DNA of 64,000 bases from the IMG/VR virus record IMGVR_UViG_3300028416_000010; one strand, 5' to 3'. This stretch comes from an uncultured virus (IMG/VR IMGVR_UViG_3300028416_000010) (lineage: Duplodnaviria > Heunggongvirae > Uroviricota > Caudoviricetes). Under the pieces are notes generated by a model. That model was not told the DNA's origin. It did no database searches and saw only the letters and a list, made by a program, of their open reading frames with translations. The translations under genes and the position numbers were made by a program. Below, one piece after another: positions 43,415 to 55,398 of this stretch. The first letter of the stretch is position 1, and each line of letters begins with the position of its first letter.

Positions 43415-44449
43415 CTAATCAATATCTTTAAAAGAAAATTCTCCAAAACAATCAACATTTTCTATTTGTTTATTTTTTTCTAAACTTTTATCTAAGTAAA
43501 AATTCCCACCAACACCAATATTATTACCTAAACTTAAAATGTTACATTTTACAATTAGATTCCCACCTATCAAAACGCCATTTCCAATGGTTACTGAATT
43601 TGTGCTAATTATCTCTAATGAGTTTGTAAGTTTAAAATTATTTGGTATTTCAATTTTATTTTTTGTATTTAAGATAATTTTATTTATATAAAATTCAACT
43701 CCTTCAAAAGCACCTATGCCAACTTCTAATTTGAACTCTGTTGTAAAAAAATCTGAATTAATTTTATTAATTTCTTTTATTGCTTTTAAATTTTCTTTAA
43801 ATGATTCTATTGTATAATCTTCTATTTTAGTAAAATTATATTTTTCATTAATTTGAACAAAATAATCTAAATATTCTGCCTTTGGTAAAGAGTTTGAACT
43901 ACCTTTAAATTCAATGATTATTTTATTGTCTAAATTTGCTTCTAATGTTAAATGTGGCTTATTAAATTTATCTCTTAAAGAAAAAGCTATTGAACTACCT
44001 GATGCAATTTTTGGCGCATGTGAACTATTACCAATACAATGGTTCATAAATTCTCCTTCTTCAATACAATCTTCTTTTGTTGATAATTTTACCCATTTAT
44101 ATTCTCCACAATCTAAAACAACATTTTTATTCTTTAAACTTTTTTCAGTTGAAACAAATAAACTTTGTTGATATGCTATTGCTTTGCTTAAAGCAGTTTC
44201 AAAATCATAATCATTTAAGTTTAAGTTTTGAACTTCTTTTTTCCAATTTAATATATTATCAATATTAATTGAAAACTGAATTAATCTTTCTCTATTTGAG
44301 AAAGAAAAGTTAAATTCTTTTAGTTGATTAGCAATCCATATAGAATATTTTTTATCTTTTTCTAAACACCATGTAGCTTTTTTTTCTGATAAACCTATTT
44401 TGTTTACCATAATATTCATTCTTTTGTCTTTGAATTTATTTGTGTTCAT
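43415..44449 (-). CDS. PcfJ-like domain protein
   Basis: EEGEFMNHCIG, FSLRD...PHLTLE, EFKGSSN; likely start MNTNK at 44449. Confidence 0.75.
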   Translation of the reverse strand: MNTNKFKDKRMNIMVNKIGLSEKKATWCLEKDKKYSIWIANQLKEFNFSFSNRERLIQFSINIDNILNWKKEVQNLNLNDYDFETALSKAIAYQQSLFVSTEKSLKNKNVVLDCGEYKWVKLSTKEDCIEEGEFMNHCIGNSSHAPKIASGSSIAFSLRDKFNKPHLTLEANLDNKIIIEFKGSSNSLPKAEYLDYFVQINEKYNFTKIEDYTIESFKENLKAIKEINKINSDFFTTEFKLEVGIGAFEGVEFYINKIILNTKNKIEIPNNFKLTNSLEIISTNSVTIGNGVLIGGNLIVKCNILSLGNNIGVGGNFYLDKSLEKNKQIENVDCFGEFSFKDID

Positions 44450-44784
44450 ATCTTTTTTTTGTATAATATAGTAAACTAATTTCAATGTAATCAAAAAAAC
44501 TTAAAAATTTTTTGGATGGTGAAGGTTTTTCTGGGGGGGTGTTTTTATGTTTATATGATATACAATATTATTAACGTATTTTCCGAAAAAATATTACAAA
44601 ATTTTCTGAAAATATTTTCTTTTTATTGTATACCATTCCCCCCCAATTTTAACAATTCCATCCATCTTCACCAGCAGCTGCAAACCTGCCGTAACTGTTA
44701 CAATTAATTTATTCCCCCAGGAAAAACAAAAAAGCGAACCTAAAAATAGATTCGCTCAATTGTGTAATTTAAATAAAGATAATC

Positions 44785-46590
44785 TTATATGTTTTTAAAT
44801 AAAAATTCTTTTTTTGTTAATTTAGCATTTTCTTCACTTTCGATTTCTGCTTCTAAATTTTCTATTAAATTGCCTATGTTAGGGATTTTATTCTTTATTT
44901 CATTCAATCCTTTTAATTCTTCAATCTCAGGAATACCATTAACCATACTTGCTGAAACGATATCCTCCGAAGGATTAAAACCATAATCTCTTAGTTCAGT
45001 GATTAACTGTGTTAAATTAGATTTATCATCTTCATTACTATGAATAACGTTAGGAATAATTATGTAAGCAAAAGGTTTATTAAACTCTCTAAAATTTTCT
45101 ACTGTTAACATTTCTTTTTCCAAATTAACTCTATCCTCTTTATCTAATCTTGCACATCTTCCAAATGTTTGTAAAAATTTAGATTTATTCAAAGTTCTTA
45201 AAGGCATAATTCCTGTAAAGCCACTTACATCAATTCCTTCTGCTAATATATCATAATGTAAAACAATCATCTCTTTTGTCTTATCATTACCACTTAAAGT
45301 TAAAAAAGCATAAACCTCTTTTAGTAATTGATAAGTTAATAATATCCTAGGGGCATTTACAACATAAATTCTAAATTGGCCTGGATTCATTAAAATGTCA
45401 TTCCCTATAATTGCTGATTGACAAAAAGTATTATGAGTTACAGTGAAATCTCCCAAAACAAAACGTCTATTTCCATCAATCTCAAAACCATAATAATCTC
45501 CTTCTCCTACCAATTCTACCTTAACACCAACATTAAGAACATTTTTAATTTGTCCTCTTTTTGTTGCTTTTTTTCTCGGTAATAAAGTTGGTATTGTATC
45601 TGTATCTCCACTAATATGACATCTAAAATATTCTCCTTCAAAATCTATTTTATTTATCTTAGCAATTTTATTTTTCTTATAACATGAAAACCCTAATGAC
45701 CTAATAAGAAAAATTAAATCATCCATCAACGTTTCATTAACTAATGTAATTTCAAAACAATTGCTAGATAAATGACCATCTCCATCTAAAATACCAGCCA
45801 ATAAAGCCATTCTCTCTTTTCTACTTGCAGTCTTATATAAAAGAGGTATGTGTTTATTATTAATTAAATTTAAGTCACGTAAAACGTTTAAAAAAATATT
45901 AGTATCCTTACTTGCTCTACCTTTAAATTTTGTATTTAAAGAAAAGTATTTACAATTTTCAGAGTCATTAGTTATTTTTAAATTTAAATCTAAATTGATA
46001 GCTTCTTTTTCTAAAAAATCAATTATCTCAACATCATTTGGATTAACGCTTATTCCTTGAACTCTTGAATTGCCATCTGCTAACCATAAACCTAATAAAT
46101 AAGGATTCAAAGGAAGTTCTTCTTTTTGTTCTTCAAAATCTACTCCTACCCTAAAACCTTTCAATGAATGTTTGGCAGTCTTAGAAACGTTAAGATAATC
46201 TTTTACTGTTATATCAACAATATCGCCTGTTCTATATTTTTTATCTAAAATAGTTAGATTATTTTTTCCAATACCAGTAACTCTTAAAGAAAGAATATGA
46301 CTTTCATTAACAGTATATTTATCTCCTTTAGTCGGTATGATATCATACATATTTTCCCTACCTCTAGCTAGTGATAATACTTTTCTTGGCTTACTATCAT
46401 CTCCCATTAATAAATCTCCAACTATTACGTCTTCAACATTTTTAATAGTACCATTGTACATCAAAATTTTTGTACCTTTCGCTAAACACTTACCTGTACC
46501 TGTGGGTAAACAAATTATTCCTTTTGGATTATAAAATGTTTTTGTAACAGCCTCTTTCTGATAATGATATAATTTACTTAAAATGTCCAT
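44785..46590 (-). CDS. SF2 (ResIII/DEAD-like) helicase with intein, apparently internally deleted
   Basis: Q motif, PTGTGK|T Walker A, APRILL, EGIDV, QTFGRCAR; no DExH/motif III region. Confidence 0.8.
   Translation of the reverse strand: MDILSKLYHYQKEAVTKTFYNPKGIICLPTGTGKCLAKGTKILMYNGTIKNVEDVIVGDLLMGDDSKPRKVLSLARGRENMYDIIPTKGDKYTVNESHILSLRVTGIGKNNLTILDKKYRTGDIVDITVKDYLNVSKTAKHSLKGFRVGVDFEEQKEELPLNPYLLGLWLADGNSRVQGISVNPNDVEIIDFLEKEAINLDLNLKITNDSENCKYFSLNTKFKGRASKDTNIFLNVLRDLNLINNKHIPLLYKTASRKERMALLAGILDGDGHLSSNCFEITLVNETLMDDLIFLIRSLGFSCYKKNKIAKINKIDFEGEYFRCHISGDTDTIPTLLPRKKATKRGQIKNVLNVGVKVELVGEGDYYGFEIDGNRRFVLGDFTVTHNTFCQSAIIGNDILMNPGQFRIYVVNAPRILLTYQLLKEVYAFLTLSGNDKTKEMIVLHYDILAEGIDVSGFTGIMPLRTLNKSKFLQTFGRCARLDKEDRVNLEKEMLTVENFREFNKPFAYIIIPNVIHSNEDDKSNLTQLITELRDYGFNPSEDIVSASMVNGIPEIEELKGLNEIKNKIPNIGNLIENLEAEIESEENAKLTKKEFLFKNI
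45430..46488 (-). mobile_element. Intein with LAGLIDADG homing endonuclease (353 aa) inserted in Walker A
   Basis: Starts CLAKGT and ends VTHN followed by T; LLGLWLADG and LLAGILDGDG motifs. Confidence 0.95.
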
Positions 46591-46963
46591 ATAGTAATAA
46601 CGAATTTATTTTTAAAATATTACATTTCTATAATAATATAGCAATCTGTTTTTAATGTAATCAAAAAAACTTAAAAAACTTTTTTGGATGGTGAAGTTTT
46701 TTCTGGGGGGTTGTTTTTATGTTTATATGATATACAATATTATTAACGTATTTTCCGAAAAAATATTACAAAATTTTCTGAAAATATTTTCTTTTTATTG
46801 TATACCATTCCCCCCAATTTTCACAATTCCATCCATCTTCACCAGCAGCTGCAAACCTGTCATAACTATTACAAATAATTTATCTTCCCAGAAAAAACAA
46901 AAAAGCGAACCCAAAAATAGATTCGCTCAATTGTGTAATTTAAATAAAAAAAATATAATCTCT

Positions 46964-47287
46964 CTAATATACGGTATAAGAAAGTGGATATCCCCTCTGA
47001 GTGCATGCAACATTGCCATATGTAAATTCATTATTATCTAAATCTTCAAATAAGCTCAAATAATATTGATAAGATATTTCTAAACTTTCTTTCTTTGTTG
47101 TTTGAGGTGGATAAAAACTTATTAAGTTTTGTTTTGGCATTCCACAAAAAACAATATATATTCTATTTTTTCCCCTCCCATAAAGTCTACAATCAGCGTA
47201 TTCTTTAAATGCTTTAAATGAAATTGGTCTTAAATTTTTAGATAAACCTAACAACTCCATTCTTTCAATCACTTCTACTGTTTTCAT
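46964..47287 (-). CDS. Hypothetical protein
   Basis: 107-aa ORF with its own promoter. Confidence 0.7.
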   Translation of the reverse strand: MKTVEVIERMELLGLSKNLRPISFKAFKEYADCRLYGRGKNRIYIVFCGMPKQNLISFYPPQTTKKESLEISYQYYLSLFEDLDNNEFTYGNVACTQRGYPLSYTVY

Positions 47288-47536
47288 TATATTGTATATG
47301 TTTTAATTTAATATATTATAGTAATTAACTTTCAATGTAATCAAAAATTTTAGTTATTTTTTTTTATGTTATTTTTCGGAAAATATTTTCTTTTTATTGT
47401 ATAACCACTATTTAAAAACTCTCCCTACCTCAGGATGACCCCGCTGCAATCCCGCTGCAACATGCAAGCAAAATTATACAAACAAAAAAAAGGACCCATT
47501 AAAAATGAATCCTTTCTTAAGTTTATAAATTTAAAT

Positions 47537-48142
47537 TTACATTAATTTTTTCAACTTCTTTTTTAGTCGATGAAATTTTGTTAAACAATTAGTTAAAGTT
47601 AATCCTGTTTCTTCTGCAATTTCTTCAAAACTCAAATTACTATTGAATCTTAAAAAGATTATTTGTTGTTCTTCTTTATTTAGTTTACTCACTGCTTTTT
47701 TAAGTCTTCTTATGCTTTCTGAATCTAACTCATTAGAAATTATACTTTCTTCTACGTTTAAACTTTTTTCTTTTATTTGAATAGTTTGAACTTCATTATC
47801 TCCTAAATCAAAAGAATCATCAATTCTTACCATTGAACTCCTAATAATATAATCTTTTTTACGTTTTAAATCCAAAAACATATTACGAGTAATTTTTCTC
47901 GTCCACCCCCCTAAAGAAGAATTGCTTTTTTTGGAGCTAAATTTATCTAACGAATAAAATAATTTAATCATAACTCTTGAAGTTAACTCTTCTGCTTTGT
48001 CGATATCTCCCCCAAAAAGTCTTATTGCTTCATATAAGGCAACTTTCTTTTGACTATCATAAATTTGTTTATGAAATTTGGTATTTCCTGATTTGACTTC
48101 CTCTAAACAAGTCAATATATCTATTTTATTTTCTTTTTCCAT
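47537..48142 (-). CDS. ECF-type RNA polymerase sigma factor
   Basis: Region 2 'AEELTSRVMIKLF...WTRKITRNMFLD' and region 4 'LNKEEQQIIFLRF...SFEEIAE...HRLKKKL'. Confidence 0.9.
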   Translation of the reverse strand: MEKENKIDILTCLEEVKSGNTKFHKQIYDSQKKVALYEAIRLFGGDIDKAEELTSRVMIKLFYSLDKFSSKKSNSSLGGWTRKITRNMFLDLKRKKDYIIRSSMVRIDDSFDLGDNEVQTIQIKEKSLNVEESIISNELDSESIRRLKKAVSKLNKEEQQIIFLRFNSNLSFEEIAEETGLTLTNCLTKFHRLKKKLKKLM

Positions 48143-48233
48143 AATATAATATAGTAATTATTTTTTTAACTAATCAATTTTTAACAAACTTATTTAATAA
48201 TTTTTACTTTTTAATTTGAAATTTGTTTCATAT

Positions 48234-48614
48234 TTATCTAAAATTTTTTTTCGCTTGCTCTTTTACTAGGTTCAATAAAAATTCTTTTTCTAATTCTTTT
48301 GGTTGACTTTTAATTTCAGAATACACTTTTTTACATTGCGTATGCATCCACAAAACATTCAATTCAATTTCTGATTTAATTCTACTTTCAATAACCTCTC
48401 CCCAGCCTTCTAACTTGCTAACTCTCCCCTCTTTACAAGCTTTATATAAATCTTCTATATTATTAATATTAAGTTTTACGTGTAACTCAGAAGCTTTCTT
48501 AAAATTAATACCATTGATAGCCGTTAAACCAAGGACACTAAAACTATTCGAATTTTTGTTGTATCCAGGAATTAAGTTATCTTTGTTATTTATATTTTTA
48601 TCTGCATTTTTCAT
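48234..48614 (-). CDS. Helix-hairpin-helix protein (PolX-like HhH)
   Basis: 'INGINFKKA...LNINNIEDL...KLEGWGE'. Confidence 0.7.
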   Translation of the reverse strand: MKNADKNINNKDNLIPGYNKNSNSFSVLGLTAINGINFKKASELHVKLNINNIEDLYKACKEGRVSKLEGWGEVIESRIKSEIELNVLWMHTQCKKVYSEIKSQPKELEKEFLLNLVKEQAKKNFR

Positions 48615-48758
48615 AAAACTATTTTAATTATTCATAATATAGTAATTTAATTTTGAGTTAGTCAATTAATTTGTAAAGTTCTCCCTTTTATTATAAGGCC
48701 TACTTTTTTTATGTAATTTATGTAGGCCTTACATTTATGTTGAAGTTTATTTGAATTT

Positions 48759-49535
48759 TTACAATTCTTTTTTAGTCACATTTTTAAAACCTTTCAATAG
48801 GTTATTATTTCTAGTTCTCCCCTCTTCTTTTTTGTAGCCAGTCCACCCTTCTTTTTTAAGTTCTTTAAGAGCTATACTAGCCTCACTACCTTTAGGTTGA
48901 GTACCATGAATTAATAGAGCAAAAGATTTATCTCCCTTATAAGCATGAGTATCATCATGGTCAATTTCTAAACCTAATTCTTCTGCTTGTTTTTCAGAAT
49001 ACACGACAACTACTTCTTTAAGTCCATATTCATCAATTAAGTGGTCTTGTCTACCTCCCCTAGAAGCATTTAATTTAAGGTTTGTAGGGATTTCATTTAA
49101 TCTAGCAACCCAAAAAGCAATAGATTTTGTATAAGCATAAAAAATCATATTTGGCATTTCTCTAGCAACTTGTAACCAAGCGTCAAAATATTTTTGATTA
49201 AAGAAGTCACCAGCAACATGAATTCTAATTATTGTTGCATTTTTTGGTAAACTTGTTTTAATTAAGTTAACAATAGTTTCAGTATTTTCTTTTTTGACTA
49301 AATCAAAATTATGCTTTCTTGCCTTAAAAGTACCTTTATATTGAGCCTCTTGAGAAGCAGAAAAACATCTAAATTTTGTATCTGGTCCATCTTGTATACT
49401 TAATTTATTAGTACTTTCATTCATAACAGCCTTAGACATACAATCTTTTGCATTTGGACAACTCCAACCAGACAAAAGACTAAAAGTGTAAATCTTATTT
49501 CCTAACTTTGCATTTCCTTTACTAAACTTCAACAT
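48759..49535 (-). CDS. Gp88-like phage protein
   Basis: GNAKL, SCP...C...CF, RIHVAGDF, FYAYTKS. Confidence 0.75.
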   Translation of the reverse strand: MLKFSKGNAKLGNKIYTFSLLSGWSCPNAKDCMSKAVMNESTNKLSIQDGPDTKFRCFSASQEAQYKGTFKARKHNFDLVKKENTETIVNLIKTSLPKNATIIRIHVAGDFFNQKYFDAWLQVAREMPNMIFYAYTKSIAFWVARLNEIPTNLKLNASRGGRQDHLIDEYGLKEVVVVYSEKQAEELGLEIDHDDTHAYKGDKSFALLIHGTQPKGSEASIALKELKKEGWTGYKKEEGRTRNNNLLKGFKNVTKKEL

Positions 49536-49918
49536 ATTTTTCTATTTTTAAATTACAATATAATATAGTAAACAACTTTCAAACTAATCAAAAAACAATC
49601 AAAAAAAGTTTATTTTTTCTATAAAAAGCTGATAATCAACAATTTAAAGGTTAAGTTTATTACATTTTTAGTTTTTTGGGCATTAACAAAAAGAAATATG
49701 TATACAATAAAAAAGTTTTATTTTCAGAAATTTTTATGATTATTTTTCGGAAAATATATAACTATTATTGTATATCCACTTTTTAGTTTTTGAGGTGCTT
49801 TTATTTTTTTCCTGGGAAATATTTGTTTGTATTAAAAAAAGTTTGTGTATTTGTATTATGATAAAAAACAAAAAAAGGTTACCAATTTGGCAACCTTTCA
49901 AATGATTCTAATAAATTA

Positions 49919-50767
49919 TTATAAGAGTGAAACAATATGTTTCATTAGTACTTTATCTTTTTCAAGTTTCTTTTCAGGCAATTCTTTTAAGTTAGTGTTA
50001 TATATTCCATAATTAAGAGCATTATAAAGAGTGAATAAATTTCTATCACAATTTTTGCTTTTAACATTTTCTCCATATTCATTAATATATTCTAACTCCG
50101 AACCTACTTCTAAATCAAATCTTTCTTTTGCAGTTTCTATAATCTTTTTTGATAAATTTATTTTTTTACCTATTAATTCAAGTTTTGACTTTGTTACTTT
50201 TTGTTTAGACATCTTATCAAAAATCACTACTCCCTCACTTGCATTATCTATAAAGTTTTGTACTTCTTGTAGTAATAAAAAAAGTTGTTCTTCATTATAA
50301 GCGTCTAAATTTTCAGGGGAAGACGCATGTTTAAAACTAGTTCTTATAGTTTCTCCTTCAGGTCTTGTTAAACCATTTGAACAAATTAATCTATGATAAC
50401 CTAATTCACAACGCATTATAGAACCACCATCATAAGAGTTCCATATGCTAATCTTTGGAAATATACCATTCACTTCTCCGAAGTCTTGTCTATTTGCAAT
50501 TATATAATCTACATAAAATTTAGATTTATTAATGATTTTAATAGAGCGTTTAAATTTTATGTTATTATTATTTAAATAATTTTCAATAGGTTTGAATATT
50601 TTGTCATTAGTTATTAAATTATATCTACTTGAACAAAAATTCAAAATGTTTTTAAATTCATCAACTATGGCATAATCAAATCCTGGGGGTGCTATAAAAT
50701 TGGGGAGAATTTTATTTAACTCTACCTTTTTCACTTTCTTGTATAAGTTGTTTTCAGATTCAAACAT
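49919..50767 (-). CDS. DUF932/DUF945-family protein
   Basis: NSYDG, RLICSNGL, FKH, LYNALN. Confidence 0.75.
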   Translation of the reverse strand: MFESENNLYKKVKKVELNKILPNFIAPPGFDYAIVDEFKNILNFCSSRYNLITNDKIFKPIENYLNNNNIKFKRSIKIINKSKFYVDYIIANRQDFGEVNGIFPKISIWNSYDGGSIMRCELGYHRLICSNGLTRPEGETIRTSFKHASSPENLDAYNEEQLFLLLQEVQNFIDNASEGVVIFDKMSKQKVTKSKLELIGKKINLSKKIIETAKERFDLEVGSELEYINEYGENVKSKNCDRNLFTLYNALNYGIYNTNLKELPEKKLEKDKVLMKHIVSLL

Positions 50768-50772
50768 GATTA

Positions 50773-51591
50773 TTATTTATTAAGTGTTACAATTTTAATT
50801 AAAGTTTCAACAAAATTTTCCATATCTTTTTCATTTGCACTTCTTTCAAAAGTGTCTTCTTTTGAGTGGCATAAACCCCAAGTTGAGCAATATCTTTGAG
50901 TTAATACAACATTTAATTCATCTTCTGTTAAGGTTCCTATACAACATGCATTTATTCCATTTCTTCTTGCATTAACACTTTCATTGTAAGGTGTACTAAC
51001 AATTTGTAATTCTCCCCCAGTAATACATTCTTTCAAATGGTTAAAGATTTCATTTTGTTCATTAATTCCCGAAACCCAATACTTATCTCCACAAGCCGTT
51101 AATTCAAGGGCATATAATTGTTCAACTAATACATTGTAATTTTCTATTTGTTCAATAACTCTATCAATACCTTTACCACCTACTTCTTCACAATCAGTAA
51201 AAGCCACAATAACATTATGAGTTAATTGGTCAACAGGTAGTTGACTTAATTTTAAACATAATTCAATTAAATTACAAACAGATGCTGTATTATCTTGACA
51301 ATTTTCTGAATTTGGATTAGCAATATCATGATGAGCAGTAAACATAATGCTAGTTGCATTATCTATATTAGAATTAAATTCCACTACTACATTTACTAAT
51401 TTTCTAGCTTCATTTAAATTTTTACTTCTTTCAATTGAAAATACATCTACCATATAAGGCACTCCTATTTCAGCTAAAGAGTTAATAATATATTCAACTC
51501 GTGGTGTAATAGGATTTAAAAAGCCATTACCAGAATGACTTTGATTCCTTATTGTTTTACACATATTATATAAATGATTATAACCTTCCAT
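50773..51591 (-). CDS. M28-family peptidase-like protein
   Basis: AHHD, QDNTAS, DCEEVG, CHSKEDT. Confidence 0.8.
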   Translation of the reverse strand: MEGYNHLYNMCKTIRNQSHSGNGFLNPITPRVEYIINSLAEIGVPYMVDVFSIERSKNLNEARKLVNVVVEFNSNIDNATSIMFTAHHDIANPNSENCQDNTASVCNLIELCLKLSQLPVDQLTHNVIVAFTDCEEVGGKGIDRVIEQIENYNVLVEQLYALELTACGDKYWVSGINEQNEIFNHLKECITGGELQIVSTPYNESVNARRNGINACCIGTLTEDELNVVLTQRYCSTWGLCHSKEDTFERSANEKDMENFVETLIKIVTLNK

Positions 51592-51906
51592 CTTTTCTTA
51601 TTTATTTAATTTATAATATAATATAGTAATTTAAAAGTAAATTAATCAAAAGTTCTATCATTATTTTTTTTCTATACTGACAAACTACTTATTTATGTAT
51701 ACAATAATAATAACGTATTTTCATAAAAAATATTACATTTTTTTAATTAAAAATTCTGAAAATAAACTAAAATTATTGTATATAAACACTTTATGATGTT
51801 TAACTCTGGATTAATGATGCTGCTTTTCTGGAAAGGTTATTGTATTTGTATAAGCAAAAAAAAGACCCCTCAAAATGAGGAGTCCTTCCAATAAAGTTTA
51901 TTTTAT

Positions 51907-54199
51907 TTAATTCCAAACATGTGTATCATTTAGGTTCAATTGTAAAACAGATTCTCTTAAAGAATTAACAACTTTAACATATTCTTCATATAAACACATT
52001 AGTTGTTCTGAATTTAATTCAGCAGATTCTAAATTTAATTCTCTTGTGTTTGACTCAATTTGGTTAGCCAAAAGATTGATTCTTTTAGTTAAACTTTTTT
52101 CTTTAGCTGTATAAACAACTACTTTTTTTCTAACTTCCTGTAAAACGTCCATAATTTAAATTTAATTATTTGTTAACCAATTTTCTAATAATAATTTTGC
52201 AATTTTAAAATCAGATGCTCTATTTAATTTTAAGTTATAAGATTTTGCAACAACCTTAAGATGAGGTAACATCATACTTAAAGGTTGTTTGCCGACACTT
52301 CTTTGATTGATAATTTCTAAATTCATGTTTTTATTTAGTATAGTAATAAAATACTAAGTTAATCAAAAAAAATGGTTTTTTATTTAAAAATATATATTTT
52401 TTTTGGGGGGGATTATATAATAAGTTCTAATGCTTGATAAATTTCTTCGTATAATTTATTTTCATTTAAGTTACCCTCTGAATAATCCATTATTACACTT
52501 AAAATTTGTGTTGTTGAATGATTTATTTCTTCTTCATCTCCATTTTTTTCTTCAAATTCATATTGTAATCTAACGGTAGCTCCATCTTCATCATCTAAAT
52601 CTTCACAACCTGTGCAAGAAAAATTATCTACTCTTACATCAAATTCTAAATAATCCATTTCAATTGGGTTTTCAAATTCTATTGTATCAATGGCTATACC
52701 ATAATAATCTTCTATATCTATTCTACCTACGTTTATTTTGTTCATTTTTTTTTATAAATTTATAATATATATTAATCAAAAATGGTTTTTCGGAAAATAA
52801 ATATAAATTATTGTATATTATTATAAATATAAAAACATACCCCCCAGGGAAAAGTCATCTGAAAATCCAACTTAAAATCAATAAAATAAAAAAAAGGCAA
52901 CCCTTTCGAATTGCCTTTAACACTATACTTATAACTTATAAAAACATTACCCTTCTTTATTTTTAGAAAACAAATCTAAATTTATCCAATTTATTAATAT
53001 TATTAAGTAACATAAAAACCCTAATGATAATCCATAGTATAAATTATACAACTTATGGAAATAATCTATTAAACAAACGAGTACAATTAAATTAATAGTT
53101 GAATACAATAAGTTAAAAAATATCTTTTGAAACATAATTTATAATATTGTAATTTCAGAAGTCTTTATATTATATTTTTCTCCATTGTCTAACCAAATTC
53201 CTAACCAATTCTTTTTTGTTGTTCCAAAAGCGAATGGGTGTGTAACTTCTCCCTTAAAACCATTAAGGTGTTTAAAATCTTTATCTTTAATATTAGATAA
53301 CATCACTCTTGTTCCAACTTCAATATTTGTTTGTCCTGCTTTCATAATTATTTTTTTAAAATTAATTTTTATTTTTGCTTAAAACATTTATCTATAAATT
53401 CTTTAGAATAACTACTTTCTAAATACATTTCTTTTGCATATTCTAATACTTCTTTTTTATTGTAAGGTATATCACTTTTTGAAGTCACTTCCTCATTTAA
53501 CAACACAAGAAACGCATCTCTTAAAAAAAAGAGTTCGCTTATTTCTCTTTCTAGTTCTGTTTTTGTGTATTCTATATAACCAAGAGAGCATTGTACTTTT
53601 ATAATTTCCATATCTTTTTTTTAATTAAATAATTTCACCATTTTCAATTTCTTTAGTTCTATCTAAAATTTTAATTTCTTTCAAAATGTATTTCCTAACA
53701 TCTTCTTTACTTAAGTATGGGGATTCAATATCTATTCCTAAAGAAAAAACGTATTTTTGTTTTGTTATAGTTATTTTTTCTCCAAATAAAAAATACTTTT
53801 TCCTTACACCTTTTTCTATACCCTCATAAAAATCAGTTGTAGGATTCATATACCTATCAACATAATTATCGTAATAAAAAGTTCTATTGTTTATTGTTAA
53901 TGATTTCATAATTATTCTATTTATAATATAATATAGTAATTTTATTTTAGTTTAATCAAAATTTAATTAAAGAAATTCAAATCAATATATTTGTATAAAT
54001 CTGAAATTTGATTAAAGTATATTGTTTCGTTTGGTGTAGTGTAATAAAGTTTGATTACTTCATCGTCTATGTTTAATAATAAATGAAATTCACAAAAATT
54101 CCCAATCTTAAAACTTTTTAAGCCATTATCTCTAATAGGATATTCTTTTACTCCTAATCTAATTACTTTTTCCTTTTCTAATAAATTTTGAAGTTTCAT
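51907..54199 (-). CDS. Cluster of small hypothetical early-type proteins
   Basis: ORFs 51907, 52413, 52947, 53139, 53369, 53625, 53963 in the track, several with their own promoter. Confidence 0.65.
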
Positions 54200-54612
54200 A
54201 ATATTATTGTTTTTTAAGTTATATAATAATATAGTAATTTTTTTTTAATGTAATCAAAATTTATTTGTTTTTTTGCTGGAGGGATTAATGAAGTGTATAA
54301 TTTATATGTGTGATGAATCTTTTGCTGCAGGGACAAAAATGCAGCTGCAGGATTTGCTGTGGGGTTGATTTGAGTTTGGGGGGTATGCAATATTTTTATA
54401 TTATTTTCCGAAAAGTTTTTATTTATTTTTCGGAAAATATATTTTTTTTATTGTATATCTATCATTTAAAAAACCTCTCTCCCCCAGAAGATGCTAGTTG
54501 CATGTGCCTCAAAAAAGCTGCACGCACAACATTTATAAAAGACAAAAACTAACTCCCAGAAACAAAAAAAGCAACCCTTTCGAGTTGCTATTATTTAGTT
54601 ATTTACTTTATC

Positions 54613-55335
54613 TTATTGTTCTTCTCCCCACTTTAATTTATTTCCATTTTCATCTGTACATTCACATGTTCCATCAGAATCATATTCACTTTCACATTCT
54701 CCACAATCTCCATACCAATCTACACATTCTTCAAAGAAAAAATCATCTGCCCTACAAATCTCATAAATTCCTTTAAAACCCATTCCTGACTCTTCATAGT
54801 TTAAGATAAAATGTAAATCAGGAAAATCACTTGATATTTTATCTAACCAAGCAGTTGGTGAAGCCCAAGCACTATCAAATGATAAAAATATACAATCATC
54901 TTCATTGATTTGAATATCTATATTTACATCCCATTTAGTACCCCAATAATTAACTCTCCAATCATACCAATTTTCTTCTTCTTCTTCTTTTGGTAATGGA
55001 TAAAAATTATTTAGTAATCCACTTTTTATTTCATATGTAACATCTCCACTTTCATTTAAAGATAAATTATGGTATGTATAAATTTTATCTTTTTTAAAGT
55101 CTTTGTTTATAAAATCATCAATAGGTTGAGTTTTAATTCGAGCAAATTCAGAAATGTTTTCAAGAAAATCAGGTTTTTGTTTTAGTTTTTCTAAAAATTC
55201 TGTTCTTAAATTTTCTTTCTCATCTGACTTGCAAATAATTTCAATATCTTTAGGTTTAAAAAGTATTTCTTTAAATTTATCTAAATCTTTTTTTGAACCT
55301 GTTATCTCTAAAGTGTTATAGCACCAATTTGGCAT
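54613..55335 (-). CDS. YubB/DUF1281-like ferredoxin-fold protein
   Basis: MPNWCYN, WYDWRVNYWGTKWD, FDSAWASP, YEESGMGF. Confidence 0.8.
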   Translation of the reverse strand: MPNWCYNTLEITGSKKDLDKFKEILFKPKDIEIICKSDEKENLRTEFLEKLKQKPDFLENISEFARIKTQPIDDFINKDFKKDKIYTYHNLSLNESGDVTYEIKSGLLNNFYPLPKEEEEENWYDWRVNYWGTKWDVNIDIQINEDDCIFLSFDSAWASPTAWLDKISSDFPDLHFILNYEESGMGFKGIYEICRADDFFFEECVDWYGDCGECESEYDSDGTCECTDENGNKLKWGEEQ

Positions 55336-55398
55336 AGTAAAAATTTTAAATGTTATAATATAATATAGTAATCTTTTATCAAACTAATCAAAAAAATA

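Larger units (their letters stand above)
44462..46947. repeat. ~315-bp direct repeats (44462-44778 and 46634-46947) flanking the helicase gene
   Basis: Near-identical promoter/palindrome/terminator blocks. Confidence 0.9.
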
